From Desulfobacterales bacterium (GTDB lineage Bacteria; Desulfobacterota; Desulfobacteria; Desulfobacterales; SURF-7), in assembly GCA_046484745.1 (NCBI GenBank), contig JAWOIJ010000058.1, positions 3,937 to 67,936 of the forward strand: a DNA stretch of 64,000 bases. The letters run 5' to 3'. Position 1 is the stretch's first letter. Each line of letters opens with the position of its first letter. Below are positions 63,969 to 64,000 of the stretch, one piece after another. Position numbers and translations under genes: made by a program. The notes under the pieces were generated by a model. It was given only the letters and a program-made list of their open reading frames with translations. It did not search any database and was not told where the DNA came from.

Positions 63969-64000
63969 CAATCCCGGTTGATTCGCTTATAAACCAAACT

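Overview
This is a 64-kb chromosomal segment. Its gene content suggests an anaerobic, sigma-54-using deltaproteobacterium (Desulfobacterota-like), but that is inferred from gene families only because no search was possible. I support about 55 protein genes. I found no rRNA, tRNA, CRISPR array, transposase or integrase.

Layout by position:
- 1-3.8 kb: amidase, ATC-hydrolase-like protein and class-III aminotransferase (minus strand).
- 3.85-5.0 kb: a 1.2-kb AT-rich non-coding gap with short repeat families and a tRNA-3'-like fragment.
- 5.0-8.7 kb: REC-DUF4388-PilZ-like regulator plus a hybrid histidine kinase.
- 8.9-11.1 kb: methyltransferase, secreted SNase-type nuclease and a lipoprotein.
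- 11.1-19.8 kb: an uncharacterised acyl-CoA cluster. It holds an SCPx-type thiolase, two DUF2284-like Cys proteins, a Zn-ADH, an acyl-CoA dehydrogenase pair in which the second lacks the catalytic Glu, and an internally duplicated PCGSG/CxxC protein.
- 20.0-26.8 kb: type IV minor-pilin operon (fimT/gspH-like, pilW, pilV, pilX) ending in a 1385-aa vWA-PilY1.
- 26.9-27.6 kb: RHH-PIN toxin-antitoxin pair with a palindromic operator.
- 27.6-33.2 kb: cupin, a six-TM chemoreceptor, and a split alpha-beta-alpha' ADP-forming acyl-CoA synthetase.
- 33.7-37.3 kb: small PBP-like protein, enoyl-CoA hydratase, and a GalT/HIT-like 556-aa protein coupled to a DUF6122-like membrane protein.
- 37.4-39.1 kb: decayed sensor fragment, then a PilZ plus HAMP class III cyclase operon.
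- 39.2-47.9 kb: housekeeping genes (fhs, speB-like, ketopantoate-reductase-like, truA, argJ, pseudouridine synthase, nucleotide-sugar dehydrogenase).
- 48.0-56.3 kb: a sigma-54 locus, described below.
- 56.3-64.0 kb: HDAC-like deacetylase, then a TetR-OMF-MFP-RND efflux operon.

The leads I rank highest:
1. The sigma-54 locus. A histidine kinase, coiled-coil lipoprotein and NtrC-type activator sit divergent from a near-consensus -24/-12 promoter with 21-bp upstream repeats. That promoter is positioned to drive a 59-aa Arg-rich protein and two large FN3/PKD/LamG surface proteins.
2. A 60-codon two-CxxC zinc-ribbon ORF upstream of truA, interrupted by one in-frame TGA that is followed by a SECIS-like hairpin.
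3. The heteromeric-looking acyl-CoA dehydrogenase pair and the adjacent duplicated Cys-motif protein.

Four-nucleotide start/stop overlaps (ATGA, TTGA or GTGA) occur at 20610, 27174, 36999, 58165 and 60822, which suggests translational coupling. All family assignments come from motif recognition by eye. No database search or folding calculation was run.
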